Assembly (NCBI GenBank): GCA_977017575.1
Contig: CDRNVI010000002.1
Location: forward strand, 744,001 to 808,000
DNA length: 64,000 nucleotides
Reading direction: 5' to 3'
From: Paramoeba atlantica
Lineage: Eukaryota > Protista > Discosea
The notes under the pieces: model-generated
Databases searched by the model: none
What the model was told of the DNA's origin: nothing
The model's input: only the letters and a program-made list of their open reading frames with translations
In this document: positions 29,088 to 40,220 of the stretch, one piece after another
Layout: the number at the start of each line of letters is the position of its first letter
Position numbering within the stretch: position 1 is the stretch's first letter
Position numbers and translations under genes: made by a program

Positions 29088-29667
29088 TAGTTAATGTTAA
29101 AACCTTTATGAGATACAATCTCTTAAATCTATAATCGTAACGATTTTGGTTTGGAGGGTGGGTGGTGTTGACGTTCGCTCCCGTACATCCCCGCTAATAT
29201 ATTTTTATATACGGGTGATTTTTCGACTTTTATAATTTTCTCAATTTATAAAAAACATGCTTCGCTTTCAAATTTGTGTACCTTTTTTCATCAAATCGGT
29301 CGAAAGCAGCATTTCGAAAGTATGGGAACCATCGTCGGTAAAAGTAGGGGATAGTGGTGACGTCAACCGCTACCTCCGCAAATTAATTTGTATGAATTAT
29401 AGATATACATGTAAATTACAGATATAAATGTAAAAGTTTTATAATTTATGTTTATAGAAATTTATTAGCGAAGGTGTATCTAAATCTATGTAAATTTCCC
29501 CAACCTTTTTCACATCCGCCTTCTGTTAGATTCTATTCAAACACGTACATGTACATGAGGATATGTAAATAGAAATAATCATAGTACTGATAACGGGAAA
29601 AGTTAAAAAGTAACTAAAATGAAAAACAAAATCAATCAACGAGTCATTTCAAGTTTATCTCTTACCT

Positions 29668-30300
29668 ATGTCACAGCAGTTTTCCGATCTTGGATATAAA
29701 CAGCTCGCATATGCACTCATCGCTCTTTGCCTGGGCATTTACATTCTCTTGTTCACCAAACGAAGCGCCCTAGTCGCCGGACATGAACTTCCCACAACGT
29801 CGTCGAAAAACCCTTCCAAAGTGGGGAAACAGAAGAAGAAGAAGTCATCCCATGCGAGAGCGCCTCACTCCACGGAAGCCATGCCCTTGCAGCCACCGCA
29901 TACGCCCCAGCCGGTTGTGAAAGGTCGCGGACGAACCGTTCCGGGCCTTGGTATGGAAGCTGACGTGGTGCGGCTACGTACCACCGCGGATGTGGCCGCT
30001 GAAAAGGCAAAACGCTCTCAGTCCGTCCGAGAGAAAGGAACGCAGGAGAAACTTGCCGAGCGTTCCTCCACACGTAAGCATAAAAAAGATAAGCCCCCGC
30101 GACTTGATGCTCGCAGTGCTAAAGCAGAATTCGAACTAGAGATGCAACGAAAAACGCAGGAGCTTAGTTCACGAATTAATACTTTTGTTTCCCAACAAGG
30201 TCGAATCAAGCCGAAAGAAAGTGAGGCCCCCGGAACAAGTGAGCCGGCTATCCGGGTCTCCTCTGATCTTCGACGAAGCAGCTTTACGTGGAATAGCTGA
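29668..30300 (+). CDS. Hypothetical single-pass membrane protein with a basic cytosolic tail
   Basis: N-terminal TM segment (LAYALIALCLGIYILLF) and Lys/Arg-rich remainder. Confidence 0.7.
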   Translation: MSQQFSDLGYKQLAYALIALCLGIYILLFTKRSALVAGHELPTTSSKNPSKVGKQKKKKSSHARAPHSTEAMPLQPPHTPQPVVKGRGRTVPGLGMEADVVRLRTTADVAAEKAKRSQSVREKGTQEKLAERSSTRKHKKDKPPRLDARSAKAEFELEMQRKTQELSSRINTFVSQQGRIKPKESEAPGTSEPAIRVSSDLRRSSFTWNS

Positions 30301-30739
30301 TTTTCTGAACCCTAATACCCAAAATTATGGGGGATAGACAAATGACAATGTTGTTTGTGAGAGTTCGGTACAATGTAATACGGAATCTACTTCGAAATAC
30401 ATCTATAAATTGTTTGTCTTTCGATATCATTCCATATAGTTTCTGCTGGTATGGAGCATAGAATTATGGGAAATATTTTACAATATACGTTACTTTATGT
30501 GGTAAAAAGAATGAGATAGGATAATAGACCACCACTTTTGTCACTGTCCTCTAAGCTTTTCAGCCATCATAGTTCGTTTCCCTTTATCTTTCACCTTCAG
30601 TTTGTGTACTCTTTTTTCGAATTTTTATGTTACTTTCAGGGCAACAACTAATAGCCAAAACTGAACACTCTGGACCGTATAGTTCTTAGCCGAAATAACA
30701 ATCTTTCTCCTACTGTACTTTAAATTGCAAAACACACTC

Positions 30740-30940
30740 ATGGCGGCATCTGTGGACCTTGATCGCACACCTTTATGGATAGCTTCAGGGCTTCGCTATC
30801 TTGAAGAACACACTGATGCGATTGCCTGGACAGTTGTGATGTTTGTTTTGACCTTTCATGCGATGTGCGTGCCTATGATTGTGTACAACATGTACCGTCA
30901 GAGCAATAGCCCTAAAAAAGCATGGCGTAAAAATGACTAA
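30740..30940 (+). CDS. Small single-TM protein
   Basis: 66-aa ORF from ATG 30740 with one clear TM helix. Confidence 0.5.
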   Translation: MAASVDLDRTPLWIASGLRYLEEHTDAIAWTVVMFVLTFHAMCVPMIVYNMYRQSNSPKKAWRKND

Positions 30941-31164
30941 GGATGAACCCATCTCCATACTTTCCTCTTTACGATATGTTGATTTGTGCAGCAAAAAATA
31001 CATGTGGCCGATGTCACATACAGCGTTCGAGTTATTCCAATTTTGCTTACGAGAAAAATATAGGCTTCATTCATATTCTTCCAATGCTAAGTTTTCCAAT
31101 ACTAAGCCTAACAACATACTAAACGTTTTATCCAAAATTCTGCTATCTTCTTTCTCTTCTTTCC

Positions 31165-32190
31165 ATGACAATCTCTAACAAGGAGGACCTTTTCGATGGT
31201 ATCCTCCTCGGACTCGCCCAACGCCATACCGGGGGCGTGGACGACCTACTGGACACTTTCTTCTCCTTCCTGGAACGCAAAACCGACTTTTTCTCCCGAC
31301 CCGAAGAAGCGCTCCGCAGAGTACAAAACCACTTTACCCACGCCCAACAACAATTTGAAAAACGAATCGCCACAACACGGCAGCAACAACAACAACACGC
31401 TGCAACAATGAAAGCCACAACAACCCCCCAAACCGAAAAACAACACCCCCACAGTCGTGTCGAGGTACTCAGTGACACAGAAGAGGAGACCGAGGCCGAC
31501 GACACGCCCCGTCGTGTCGAGGCCTACAAACAAAACATCGCCGCCACCGAGGCACGTCTCCAGGACACCCTCCACGAGATTGCCTCCCGTCCCCCGACAA
31601 CCTCCAAGACCCCGGAGAGTGAGGCTCCCCTCTCCTCCGAACAAACACAGTCACAGCCCCCCGCTCTCCCCCCGAACCCCGGCAACGGTGCCGATCTCCC
31701 GCGCTACCGTTTCACCCAGACCCTCGGGGAGCTGGAGCTCCGCGTGCCGCTGCCCTTCCCCTGCAAAGCCCGGGATCTCGAAATCGAGCTCACCCCGGGC
31801 TCCATCGCGGTGGGACGGAAGCGCGACCCCGCGGGGCCGTGGCTCTCCGGGGCCTTCACCCACGCGGTAAAGACCGGGGAGTGTGTGTGGACGCTGGAGG
31901 AGGGCGGGGGGACGGTGGTGGTACAGCTGGTGAAACAGAACGGACAGCAGTGGTGGAAGTCCGTGCTGGTGGGGGATGCGGAGATTGATTTGTCCAAGGT
32001 GGTCCCGGAGAATTCGAAATTGGGGGATTTGGATCGCGAGACACGGCAGACGGTGGAGAAGATGATGTATGATCAGCGGCGTAAGCAGATGGGGTTGCCG
32101 ACCTCGGAGGATGAGAAGAAAAATGAGATGCTACAGAAGTTTATGGAACAGCACCCGGAGATGGATTTCTCGAAGGCGAAGTTTAGCTAG
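31165..32190 (+). CDS. NUDC: Nuclear migration protein NudC (Hsp90 co-chaperone)
   Basis: FDGILLGLAQRHTGGVDDLLDTFFSFLERKTDFF; PNPGNGADLPRYRFTQTL; PENSKLGDLDRETRQTVEKMMYDQRRKQMGLPTSEDEKK..HPEMDFSKAK. Confidence 0.95.
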   Translation: MTISNKEDLFDGILLGLAQRHTGGVDDLLDTFFSFLERKTDFFSRPEEALRRVQNHFTHAQQQFEKRIATTRQQQQQHAATMKATTTPQTEKQHPHSRVEVLSDTEEETEADDTPRRVEAYKQNIAATEARLQDTLHEIASRPPTTSKTPESEAPLSSEQTQSQPPALPPNPGNGADLPRYRFTQTLGELELRVPLPFPCKARDLEIELTPGSIAVGRKRDPAGPWLSGAFTHAVKTGECVWTLEEGGGTVVVQLVKQNGQQWWKSVLVGDAEIDLSKVVPENSKLGDLDRETRQTVEKMMYDQRRKQMGLPTSEDEKKNEMLQKFMEQHPEMDFSKAKFS

Positions 32191-32467
32191 TGAGGAGTTC
32201 AGCGTCGTGAAACAAGAGGGCTCGTCATGCGTGGGCTGAAGCGTTGGAAAGTATTTATTTGGTGCGTCAAATGAACAGCCAATGTGCTTTAGACATGAAA
32301 TAGTGATCAGACCTGATATCCCTTTTATTCGTGTTGGTAATTAGCTCTTCGTTGTATAAAACAGTTTACGTTCTAGCAAGGTACTACTTAAAGGACAATA
32401 CAGATAAAAAACACTTCCAATACTGGACTTTTTTAGTTTTGTTTTGGCACCACTAACCGATTTTCTA

Positions 32468-32911
32468 ATGTCAAGCAATTTTTCCTTAGTGGGAAGAAGG
32501 CTTTTGTCTCCTCTTCTCCGGATACGGGCAATGAGATCTGTACCCCCAGAAGGCTATACTGTTTTCTACTTATCCAAAGGGCAAGACCTGGCGGAGTATC
32601 TAAAAGAGCACTCTAAAAAGTTGTCTATCGTCGTTTTGTACTCTGAAAAGGGGGAACTGCTCGACGAATTTCAAACGCATTTGTCTCACATTCCACTAGG
32701 AGATCCGAAGGATGTTACAGTGGCCTACTTGGGCATTGAACACTGTCCTACTTCATTTATCGAAGCGAACAGAGTATGTGCACTGCCTACGTCTTTATTA
32801 TTTATGAACGGGAGGGTAAAATACAAAGTAGTGGGGCTTAGGTTGAATGAGCTCAGCATTAAGAGCAACTTCGCGTTACGTAACGCGGGTCTAAACCCAT
32901 GTGCATGGTAG
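32468..32911 (+). CDS. Thioredoxin-fold protein without CxxC, probably mitochondrial
   Basis: Arg-rich transit-like N-terminus; cis-Pro strand VCALPTSLLFMNG..VVG; no WCxxC motif. Confidence 0.6.
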   Translation: MSSNFSLVGRRLLSPLLRIRAMRSVPPEGYTVFYLSKGQDLAEYLKEHSKKLSIVVLYSEKGELLDEFQTHLSHIPLGDPKDVTVAYLGIEHCPTSFIEANRVCALPTSLLFMNGRVKYKVVGLRLNELSIKSNFALRNAGLNPCAW

Positions 32912-33084
32912 TTCTTAAACCATACTTCATGAAAGTATATATTTCGAGAAGTACGTTGTGTGAATTAAATAGAAAAAGGCTTATAGAGGGTCACACACAT
33001 TTTTTTCATTTGTAAGAGGGGTTCAAAAAATTTCTATTCTTACACTGAATATTAATTTCTATTTCAGTTACGTTTCTATTTTGC

Positions 33085-36000
33085 ATGGACACTGAGTATC
33101 CCGAAACGGCAGATGTTGATTATAGCGAATATCCGCTAAAAGATTTATTAAGCCACAAGGAGTGGAAGGCAAGAAAGGTAGGATATGAGAGACTTCGCGA
33201 TCTCAGCGCGACGAGCAATCTTCCGGATCCTCTTCAGTACGTTGAATTGATTCCCAGCTTTCTGAAAGAGCCGAATGTAGCCGTGCTTGAAGTAGCTTTT
33301 GAAGCTCTACATGGTCTTTTAAAGCAGTTGAATGTGCCACATTCTGTAGAAGATTCTGTATTATCAACTCTATGTGAAAAGGGCTTAAGTGGGCGACCCC
33401 GCGCGCTTCGTGCTACTCTTGATGCTCTGGTAGAATTGGTAACTATGGGGAATGGCCAGGCAGTCGTCGAAGTCCTTCTTTTGCACGCGAGTTCTAAGAG
33501 CCCGAAAGGTCGGCATGGTGTGCTTCAAGCCGTACGGCGGCTTCTTCAAGAATTCGGTTCCGTTTTCGACTCAAAACTGAAGCCTCTGTTAAAATCTTTA
33601 ACTACGTTGGTAAATGATTCTGACAAGAACGTGAGAAGGGAAGCTTTGGGTGTGTTTGTTGAGCTTTATCGTCATATAGGGGACGCGATACGACCTTTTC
33701 TGGCTGATCTTCGAGATGTACAGAAAGAAGAATTAGAAAAGGAATTTGCTGGCATTTCTAATACTCAGCCGCAAAACTATCGACCCTTACATGGCAACTT
33801 ACCCGATGTAGCTGTTACTAAAGCTTCTTTTATACATGACGAAAGTCAGACCGTCCCTACTACGCTTGTTGCTGCTACTCCACTTGCTGACATCGAGCTT
33901 CACGACGCCACACCGGTATTAAGTAAACTTCCGAAAGCGTTTATTGGCACAGTGATGAACAAGGGACTCAAATGGCAAGAGCGCAACGAAATGGTACAGG
34001 AGAATTTGACGCCGCTGATAAAAGCTCCAAGATTAAAGGAGGACGACTACACCGAGTTGGTAAAATGTTTACGATCGCTTGTACTGGATTCACAGCTGCC
34101 GCTCCAAGTGGTGGGAATTAGAAGTATCGGAAGCTTGGCATCTGGACTGAGCACGTATTTTTCGCCATACGTTCGATTGGTTGCACCTTGTTTATTTGAT
34201 AAATTTAAGGAAAAAAAGAAAGCGCACCTTGAAGCCCTATGGTCCACTCTCAACACTTTTCTAGACTGTGTTTTGTCGTTTAGCGACATTTTTGATGACT
34301 GGGAAATAGCGGTAACAAGTAAAGTTCCTCATCAACGAGTGAACGCACTAGAATGGGCATGTACAGCACTTACGAAACACAACAACGCAACGCATACCAA
34401 TCGCATACGTCAGGCCAGTAGCCTTATCAAAAAACTTCTTTCCGACGATAAAGCCGAAGTTAGAAGTTCATCACAAAAGCTTCAAAGTGTTCTGAACGGT
34501 TGCAAAATTGAGAACCAAGCGGCAAAAACGAGACCAGAAGTGCATGAACCCTTACGCAAGATTCATGAAAAAGATGCGCGAGTACGCGAACGAACTCCTT
34601 CAAAACTTCAAGGTGGAACACACGCCAAGTTATTTAAAACTGTGAACAAGGAAGTATCTTCTCTTATTGTGGATCAATCGCCTGCAAAAGTAAACACACA
34701 AGTGAAATTTTTGTCAACCTTAGTGAAACCCTATTCCTTCAGTGAAACTATTGGTCTCGAGTCAAAACCAAGAGAGTGTGATGAAGCAGTTAACGATCTT
34801 ACGACCTGTTTTCCCCATGAGATCATTACGCAGCTCTCTAACAGAGACTGGAGTGTGAGACGAGATGCTGTTCGCTACATGTTAGAAACTGTGAGGTCTT
34901 GGTCCGAGTCTGAAGTTATAGGTTCCATCGAAAGTCTTGTATCGCTGTTGCATTACAGTCCCAGTTGGAAAGAAAATAATATGTACACGCTAGTTGAAAT
35001 GTTGTCCTTGCTGAAGGCACTCCTTATCCCGCTATCGCAAAGCACTATAATTCCTTCCTTCATTGCTCGCTTAATGATAGAGGGGCCTTTCCCGCGACTA
35101 ATTGACTCACGGTGCCAACCTACTATTTATGAAATCTACGACTTGGTTGCGAAAATGCATGGTTCTCAGTTTTTAGTGACCCATGTGGCATATTTGACAT
35201 CAAAGAATATTTCCAACGCAAAATTAGCATGTGAAGGGCTGTTGTATATGCAGCATAGCATTGAACAACATCCTTCCGATCCTACTGATACTAGCTTGAT
35301 AGTCCACATGGGTAAAATGGGTCTCGCGCACCTTCAGCCTTCAGTACGTGAAGTCACGGCGATCTTGGTTACTGCAGCAAGCCGGGTAAATAAAGAAAAC
35401 CTTGCGAAGCACATGGAGGAAATTAAACCTCAACTCAGAGGAGCACTGGAATCATCGATTGACAGGGTATTAGATAATCATTCGGGGCGTAACCCTTATA
35501 GTACGTCTGCCTCTACAAAGACTAATTACTCGTCCCAGGTAAGTTCGAAAGATAACATTGATCTGACTTCTAACGAATTAGTAAAGAAATTTGAGAGGTG
35601 CGCTGATTGGCAAGACTATTCTAAATTGCTGAAACTTCTTGAGTCCGAACTTTCATGTCAACAAAAACCAATCAAATTTTCGTGCTTGGGGGAATTGGTG
35701 AAGCATTTCTGTGTACGGTTGGAGGAGCCAAACAAGAACATAGTTCTTGAAACCCTTCACTTGATGCTATTATTATTTCATGCAATAGAAGGCGGTATCA
35801 AACCGGTTTGCCGCGTAGTGATAATGTCTACAATGCCTCTTCTTGGGGATTTAAAGCCCGCTCTTAGACAAGCAGCGTTCGATCTGGCTGAAGTATGTGT
35901 ACAACACGGAAATTTTGATACAATTGTCCCCGTCATGTTGCGTGGGATGTGCGCTGAATCAACACATGCTCGCCAACTTGCTCTTGAGCTTGCTCTTTTG

Positions 36001-37896
36001 TTTACATCTCGTAATGCCCCCTTTGACCGCGGTGCCTTAAGTGCACTATTAAGTCCTCTTCTTCCTCTTCTTCTTGACAAAAGCGCAGCGATTCGAGGAC
36101 AAGCCGAAAGCATGTTAGAATACGTTGTACCGAACGTCGGATACGATGCTGCTGTTAGGGCGACTCTGGTGCTTAAACCTGTCGAACAACAACTCATTCG
36201 TGATTCTCTTGATCGCTTCAAGGGAATAAGTTCTGACTTAGACGTCAGTATTACGGCGCAAAAAAATGAGAGCAACGCTCAACCCACCATACATGAATCA
36301 GTGCACTTACCACAAGAAAATCGAACAAATGTACACGTAGATTCGGGCAAGAAAGCTGCGAAACAGAGTGAAGAAGTAAAGACTGAAGTTTTTCTGCATG
36401 TGAAAAAAGAGGGAGTCATTCCAGTTAGTGCCGAAAACTCCAACTTAGTACCTTCCAATCCTTCACAAGGTTCTAAGGTGGGGGTACGTGGTGAACTCGA
36501 CGACCATAACGTCCACGATTTTTCTAAATCAAACTCTACTATATTCAATTCAAAACCAAGGCAAAATGTGGAAGTAGGTCTGACTGCACCGATGACCTTG
36601 CCGACTGAAGTAATACCAGCACCAGCATCTCACAGTTTACGAGAATCGTGTCACATTATTGGGTATGGAGCGATCGAGCAAGCTCTTTATCAATGCCAGG
36701 AATGGATTCGGGCGCTACAAGGTACAACGCCCATAGCCTGCCTCATTAGCGAAAAGGAAGTTTCTTCGCTCTTTCGTGCGTTGCTACATAGATTGCACAA
36801 TGTTCTCGAAAACATTGCTGTGAATACCAAGCCTGCCTTTCAAAGATTGGTAGGGGCTCTACAGGCTCTTGCAAAACGTAAAGATTTAGTGAGCCGCATG
36901 AGGACCGTCGATCTCCAGGAGCATTTCGCCAGCATGCTACAAGCCTTACTTGAGAGCAACAATGTTGAGGATACGAGTTTCTCCAAGTCACTAAATTCAC
37001 TCATTCTAAGCATGATCGAGTGTAGTGAACTTTCATCGTGCCTTGAGTCTCTCATTTTACGCCTTATTGTTGTTACCCGGAGCTACTTTGTTTCCACAAC
37101 GCGTTCGAATCACAAGCTGGTTGAAATCACGGTGAAATGTCTGCTTAAGGCTGGTCGCCGTATGAATCAAGAATTGCCATTGGAGTACAAAGCTGTGTTA
37201 TCCGCAGCTCATCGTTTTCTAAGAGATCACCCGCCTTCCTCCTTTGAGGGCAAGGATGACCTTGCACTACGCACGATAAAGACCCTTTTGTATGATATGA
37301 CGCGAATATCAGGGCCCGCCGTGCGAACCGCGTGTGAGGAATTATCTCCAGAAGGTTCTATGATTTCAAGTTTTGTTGAACTCAACTTGCGAAAACTATC
37401 CATTTCGGCGTCTGCCTCGCAGAGTACCCCAGCGAAAAACTCATTCGTACCCCCCGTCCAACTTTCCGAGAAGCAACATACCCCATGGAAGGCGAAACCG
37501 AGTGGGGAAACTTCTGCTCCCGCGGCACCCATACCGAACTCAACACCGACTCGGTCTCTCGCCGGTGCGTTCACTCCGCAGCATCGAAGAGCCGCGAGTC
37601 CCTTGACGCATCCGCCGGGCTCCGGGCCACACGCCACAGCCACACCTGCGGATGATCCTCTCCAGGGGATCTTCGGTAAAATTCGAATGCTCAACCACAC
37701 GGAACAAGGCATGAGGGAACTTTACCAGTACGCAAAGTGCAACCCAACGGTCGACATGGGACCGCATTTCTATCGATGCAGTGAGGCGTTTCAGACTTAT
37801 ATTGCCCGTCGCTTGAAGAAATATTTCGATGAAGAAGTGCGCTCAGGCACTCTCCCGGCGGATTTTCCTATTCCTATTCCAAGTCTACAACGTTAA
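33085..37896 (+). CDS. XMAP215/Dis1/ch-TOG family microtubule polymerase
   Basis: Repeated TOG/HEAT signatures (HKEWKARK..Y, KWQER.E, DWSVRRDA) and the family C-terminal domain. Confidence 0.9.
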   Translation: MDTEYPETADVDYSEYPLKDLLSHKEWKARKVGYERLRDLSATSNLPDPLQYVELIPSFLKEPNVAVLEVAFEALHGLLKQLNVPHSVEDSVLSTLCEKGLSGRPRALRATLDALVELVTMGNGQAVVEVLLLHASSKSPKGRHGVLQAVRRLLQEFGSVFDSKLKPLLKSLTTLVNDSDKNVRREALGVFVELYRHIGDAIRPFLADLRDVQKEELEKEFAGISNTQPQNYRPLHGNLPDVAVTKASFIHDESQTVPTTLVAATPLADIELHDATPVLSKLPKAFIGTVMNKGLKWQERNEMVQENLTPLIKAPRLKEDDYTELVKCLRSLVLDSQLPLQVVGIRSIGSLASGLSTYFSPYVRLVAPCLFDKFKEKKKAHLEALWSTLNTFLDCVLSFSDIFDDWEIAVTSKVPHQRVNALEWACTALTKHNNATHTNRIRQASSLIKKLLSDDKAEVRSSSQKLQSVLNGCKIENQAAKTRPEVHEPLRKIHEKDARVRERTPSKLQGGTHAKLFKTVNKEVSSLIVDQSPAKVNTQVKFLSTLVKPYSFSETIGLESKPRECDEAVNDLTTCFPHEIITQLSNRDWSVRRDAVRYMLETVRSWSESEVIGSIESLVSLLHYSPSWKENNMYTLVEMLSLLKALLIPLSQSTIIPSFIARLMIEGPFPRLIDSRCQPTIYEIYDLVAKMHGSQFLVTHVAYLTSKNISNAKLACEGLLYMQHSIEQHPSDPTDTSLIVHMGKMGLAHLQPSVREVTAILVTAASRVNKENLAKHMEEIKPQLRGALESSIDRVLDNHSGRNPYSTSASTKTNYSSQVSSKDNIDLTSNELVKKFERCADWQDYSKLLKLLESELSCQQKPIKFSCLGELVKHFCVRLEEPNKNIVLETLHLMLLLFHAIEGGIKPVCRVVIMSTMPLLGDLKPALRQAAFDLAEVCVQHGNFDTIVPVMLRGMCAESTHARQLALELALLFTSRNAPFDRGALSALLSPLLPLLLDKSAAIRGQAESMLEYVVPNVGYDAAVRATLVLKPVEQQLIRDSLDRFKGISSDLDVSITAQKNESNAQPTIHESVHLPQENRTNVHVDSGKKAAKQSEEVKTEVFLHVKKEGVIPVSAENSNLVPSNPSQGSKVGVRGELDDHNVHDFSKSNSTIFNSKPRQNVEVGLTAPMTLPTEVIPAPASHSLRESCHIIGYGAIEQALYQCQEWIRALQGTTPIACLISEKEVSSLFRALLHRLHNVLENIAVNTKPAFQRLVGALQALAKRKDLVSRMRTVDLQEHFASMLQALLESNNVEDTSFSKSLNSLILSMIECSELSSCLESLILRLIVVTRSYFVSTTRSNHKLVEITVKCLLKAGRRMNQELPLEYKAVLSAAHRFLRDHPPSSFEGKDDLALRTIKTLLYDMTRISGPAVRTACEELSPEGSMISSFVELNLRKLSISASASQSTPAKNSFVPPVQLSEKQHTPWKAKPSGETSAPAAPIPNSTPTRSLAGAFTPQHRRAASPLTHPPGSGPHATATPADDPLQGIFGKIRMLNHTEQGMRELYQYAKCNPTVDMGPHFYRCSEAFQTYIARRLKKYFDEEVRSGTLPADFPIPIPSLQR

Positions 37897-38323
37897 AAAG
37901 AGCTTCTGCGGGTTGTAGAGCAGTTGCATAAAAGTAGATCTCTTTCTTAGACACGTAGAGTGCACACACGTATCATGTTTTTTTTAGAAACAGCTCGCCC
38001 GAGTTGTGCAGTTCGGTGTGGCAAATTCTACGTACTTGTCTTCATACATTGAGCAATGTTGCAAGGCGGATAATGATATTTTGTATTTGCACTATCGCCT
38101 ATAACACTTATAGGAAAATACTTAGATTTAATGCGATAAGTTGATTATTACGCCCTAAAAATTTGTTGTGGTGTTATTATTAAAAACGTGAAAAAAATTG
38201 CTTTTTTAGTTACGGCACGCTGCGTTGATAAACCACTGCAATCTTTTATTTTCTTCCAATATCTAAGGCGTATGTTTACATACCAATCAGTCTTGTAACA
38301 TATCTCTGTTGAACGCCATTCGA

Positions 38324-38995
38324 ATGTCTGTGACTCCCGGCAATTGTGAAGGCGAAAAGTGTTCCTGGTCGAAGGCCCTATTGTTAGCGCTGTTTAATCA
38401 ACAAATGGTTCGCGTGCACGAACTTCTCAAGGAAGTGTCCCCGTTGACAACATCAGATTTACAATTACCTGACCAAAGCATCAGTTTTTCTCATGTGCGT
38501 TACGCTGTAGAGGCCGATATTTCTACGGACGATCTCTCAATTCTTCTTTGTTTATGTACCCCCAGTGATTTTACAAGCTGTGTGGCCTTTGTTTCACTCA
38601 ACTACACAAGCTGCAAAAACGATGTACTGCATGATACTATAAATCGTCTTTCATCTCAAGAGAGGGAAATGCTTTCATGGATGTTACTACTCCTTGTCAA
38701 CGAACACCGGTGGGAATATTTTAACTTGCTGTGCTCGAATGGTGTACTGCCGCCATCGCATGACCAAACGATATGGACTTCTTTATTCGAACTATCCCTC
38801 AAGGAGGGAACGTCAGAATGGATTGAGGCTGGATTAGGAAATGCCGAAGTGCAGACTCAACCTAGGATAAGTCCCGAATTGGCTGCACAAATCGTGAACA
38901 AATGTGATGTGCATTTAAAAAGTGGGATTTTGGAGCCTCAAAAACACGATTTGATTAGGTCTATTCGGCGTTCAATTTTAAATTCTCTCCAATAG
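38324..38995 (+). CDS. Hypothetical helical protein
   Basis: 223-aa ORF from the first ATG, in + orientation. Confidence 0.6.
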   Translation: MSVTPGNCEGEKCSWSKALLLALFNQQMVRVHELLKEVSPLTTSDLQLPDQSISFSHVRYAVEADISTDDLSILLCLCTPSDFTSCVAFVSLNYTSCKNDVLHDTINRLSSQEREMLSWMLLLLVNEHRWEYFNLLCSNGVLPPSHDQTIWTSLFELSLKEGTSEWIEAGLGNAEVQTQPRISPELAAQIVNKCDVHLKSGILEPQKHDLIRSIRRSILNSLQ

Positions 38996-39217
38996 TCAGC
39001 AATGTGGTATTAGTGGATGATGAAGATGAGATCAAATACCCCGTTCAGGGAGATCATCTAATTCGCTAGTGGCCGATTTGATGGTGCTTATCCATTTCCG
39101 GACCCGGACTTTATTATAACAGACGCATTTCTTCATTATGTCAGGATTCGAATAATACGCCGTTTGAACTCATCCTTCTCTCTTTCACTCTCAAAAAAAG
39201 GAAAACACTTTTCCGAC

Positions 39218-39271
39218 AGTTTCGAATTTCTTTTCGAACAGTTTCGAATTTCTGAACAGTTTCGAATTTCC
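39218..39271 (+). repeat. Three copies of cagtttcgaatttc
   Basis: Direct repeats read in the intergenic region. Confidence 0.75.
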
Positions 39272-39527
39272 TTTGGAGGACCATTTCGATAGTTACAGTA
39301 ATGTGTAGTTAGTAGTACAGTAAGTAGTACACTGTAGTGTGTATTTTATCATAGCCTGAAAGTGCAGTGAAAATGTTCAACATAGTGCATACAGTTTGTA
39401 TAATTTTTTCATGCCATCACTCTATACAGTAAAAAGCGGCTCGTATTATTTGTAATAAGTGTAATTATCACTGCGCAGAATAAAAAAAACGAAGTATAAA
39501 ATGGTTTCTTAATTACACCATTAACCC

Positions 39528-40220
39528 ATGATTTCCACCATTCGCGGTGACATTCTATGCAGATCTCTGAGGCATATCCCAGCTCTTGGCTTTACTCGAG
39601 AAACCTTTGAGACGGCAGCGAGAGAAGCTAGACTCTCTCCTATGAGCATCTCTTCAATTTTCCCCCGAGGACCTGTCGAGCTCGTTGAGTTTGTCCTCCA
39701 AACGGCAAACAAATCGACAGTATGCGCCTTACAAGAATTAATAAGCTCCGCGCAAAATTCTGAAAGCTTAAATGAAGTTCAAGGGACTAAGGGTGTTCAG
39801 TCGGCATGTAGAACGCGTTCAAGCGAATGGCAAAAGGATTTACATTCACAATATACTAGCTTGAAGCCAGAGATTATCCCATCTCTCTCTTCAGCGGATG
39901 TGGTGAAGCATGGACTTTCGCACCGTATTTCTTGCATCATACCGTACGCCGCACACTGGACTACAGCGATACGATTAGGGCTTCAGCCAAAGTCCATAGC
40001 ACGGGTATTATGCCTTACACGAGAGCTTGCGGATGAGATTTCCTACTACGCAGAAATATACGAGGTGGCAAACTATGGAATACGGTGGTACATGAAAAGG
40101 GGAGTTCTAATGGGGTTATATGCTGCAGCTGAAATTCATATGGTGGGAGACAATACGGTTCACAAAAGATCAACTCATGAATTTATAGGGAAGCAAGTGG
40201 ATATGTTATGGAAAGCGTAA
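39528..40220 (+). CDS. COQ9: Ubiquinone biosynthesis protein COQ9
   Basis: SLRHIPALGFT..AA..FPRGPVELVEF N-terminus; LADEISYYA..WYMKRGVLMGLYAAAEIHMVGD C-terminus. Confidence 0.85.
   Translation: MISTIRGDILCRSLRHIPALGFTRETFETAAREARLSPMSISSIFPRGPVELVEFVLQTANKSTVCALQELISSAQNSESLNEVQGTKGVQSACRTRSSEWQKDLHSQYTSLKPEIIPSLSSADVVKHGLSHRISCIIPYAAHWTTAIRLGLQPKSIARVLCLTRELADEISYYAEIYEVANYGIRWYMKRGVLMGLYAAAEIHMVGDNTVHKRSTHEFIGKQVDMLWKA

Noticed and set aside
39010-39260. C/D snoRNA candidate (GATGATGA ... CTGA)
   Set aside because: Box spacing is too long and there is no terminal stem or recognisable rRNA guide; needs snoscan or RNA-seq
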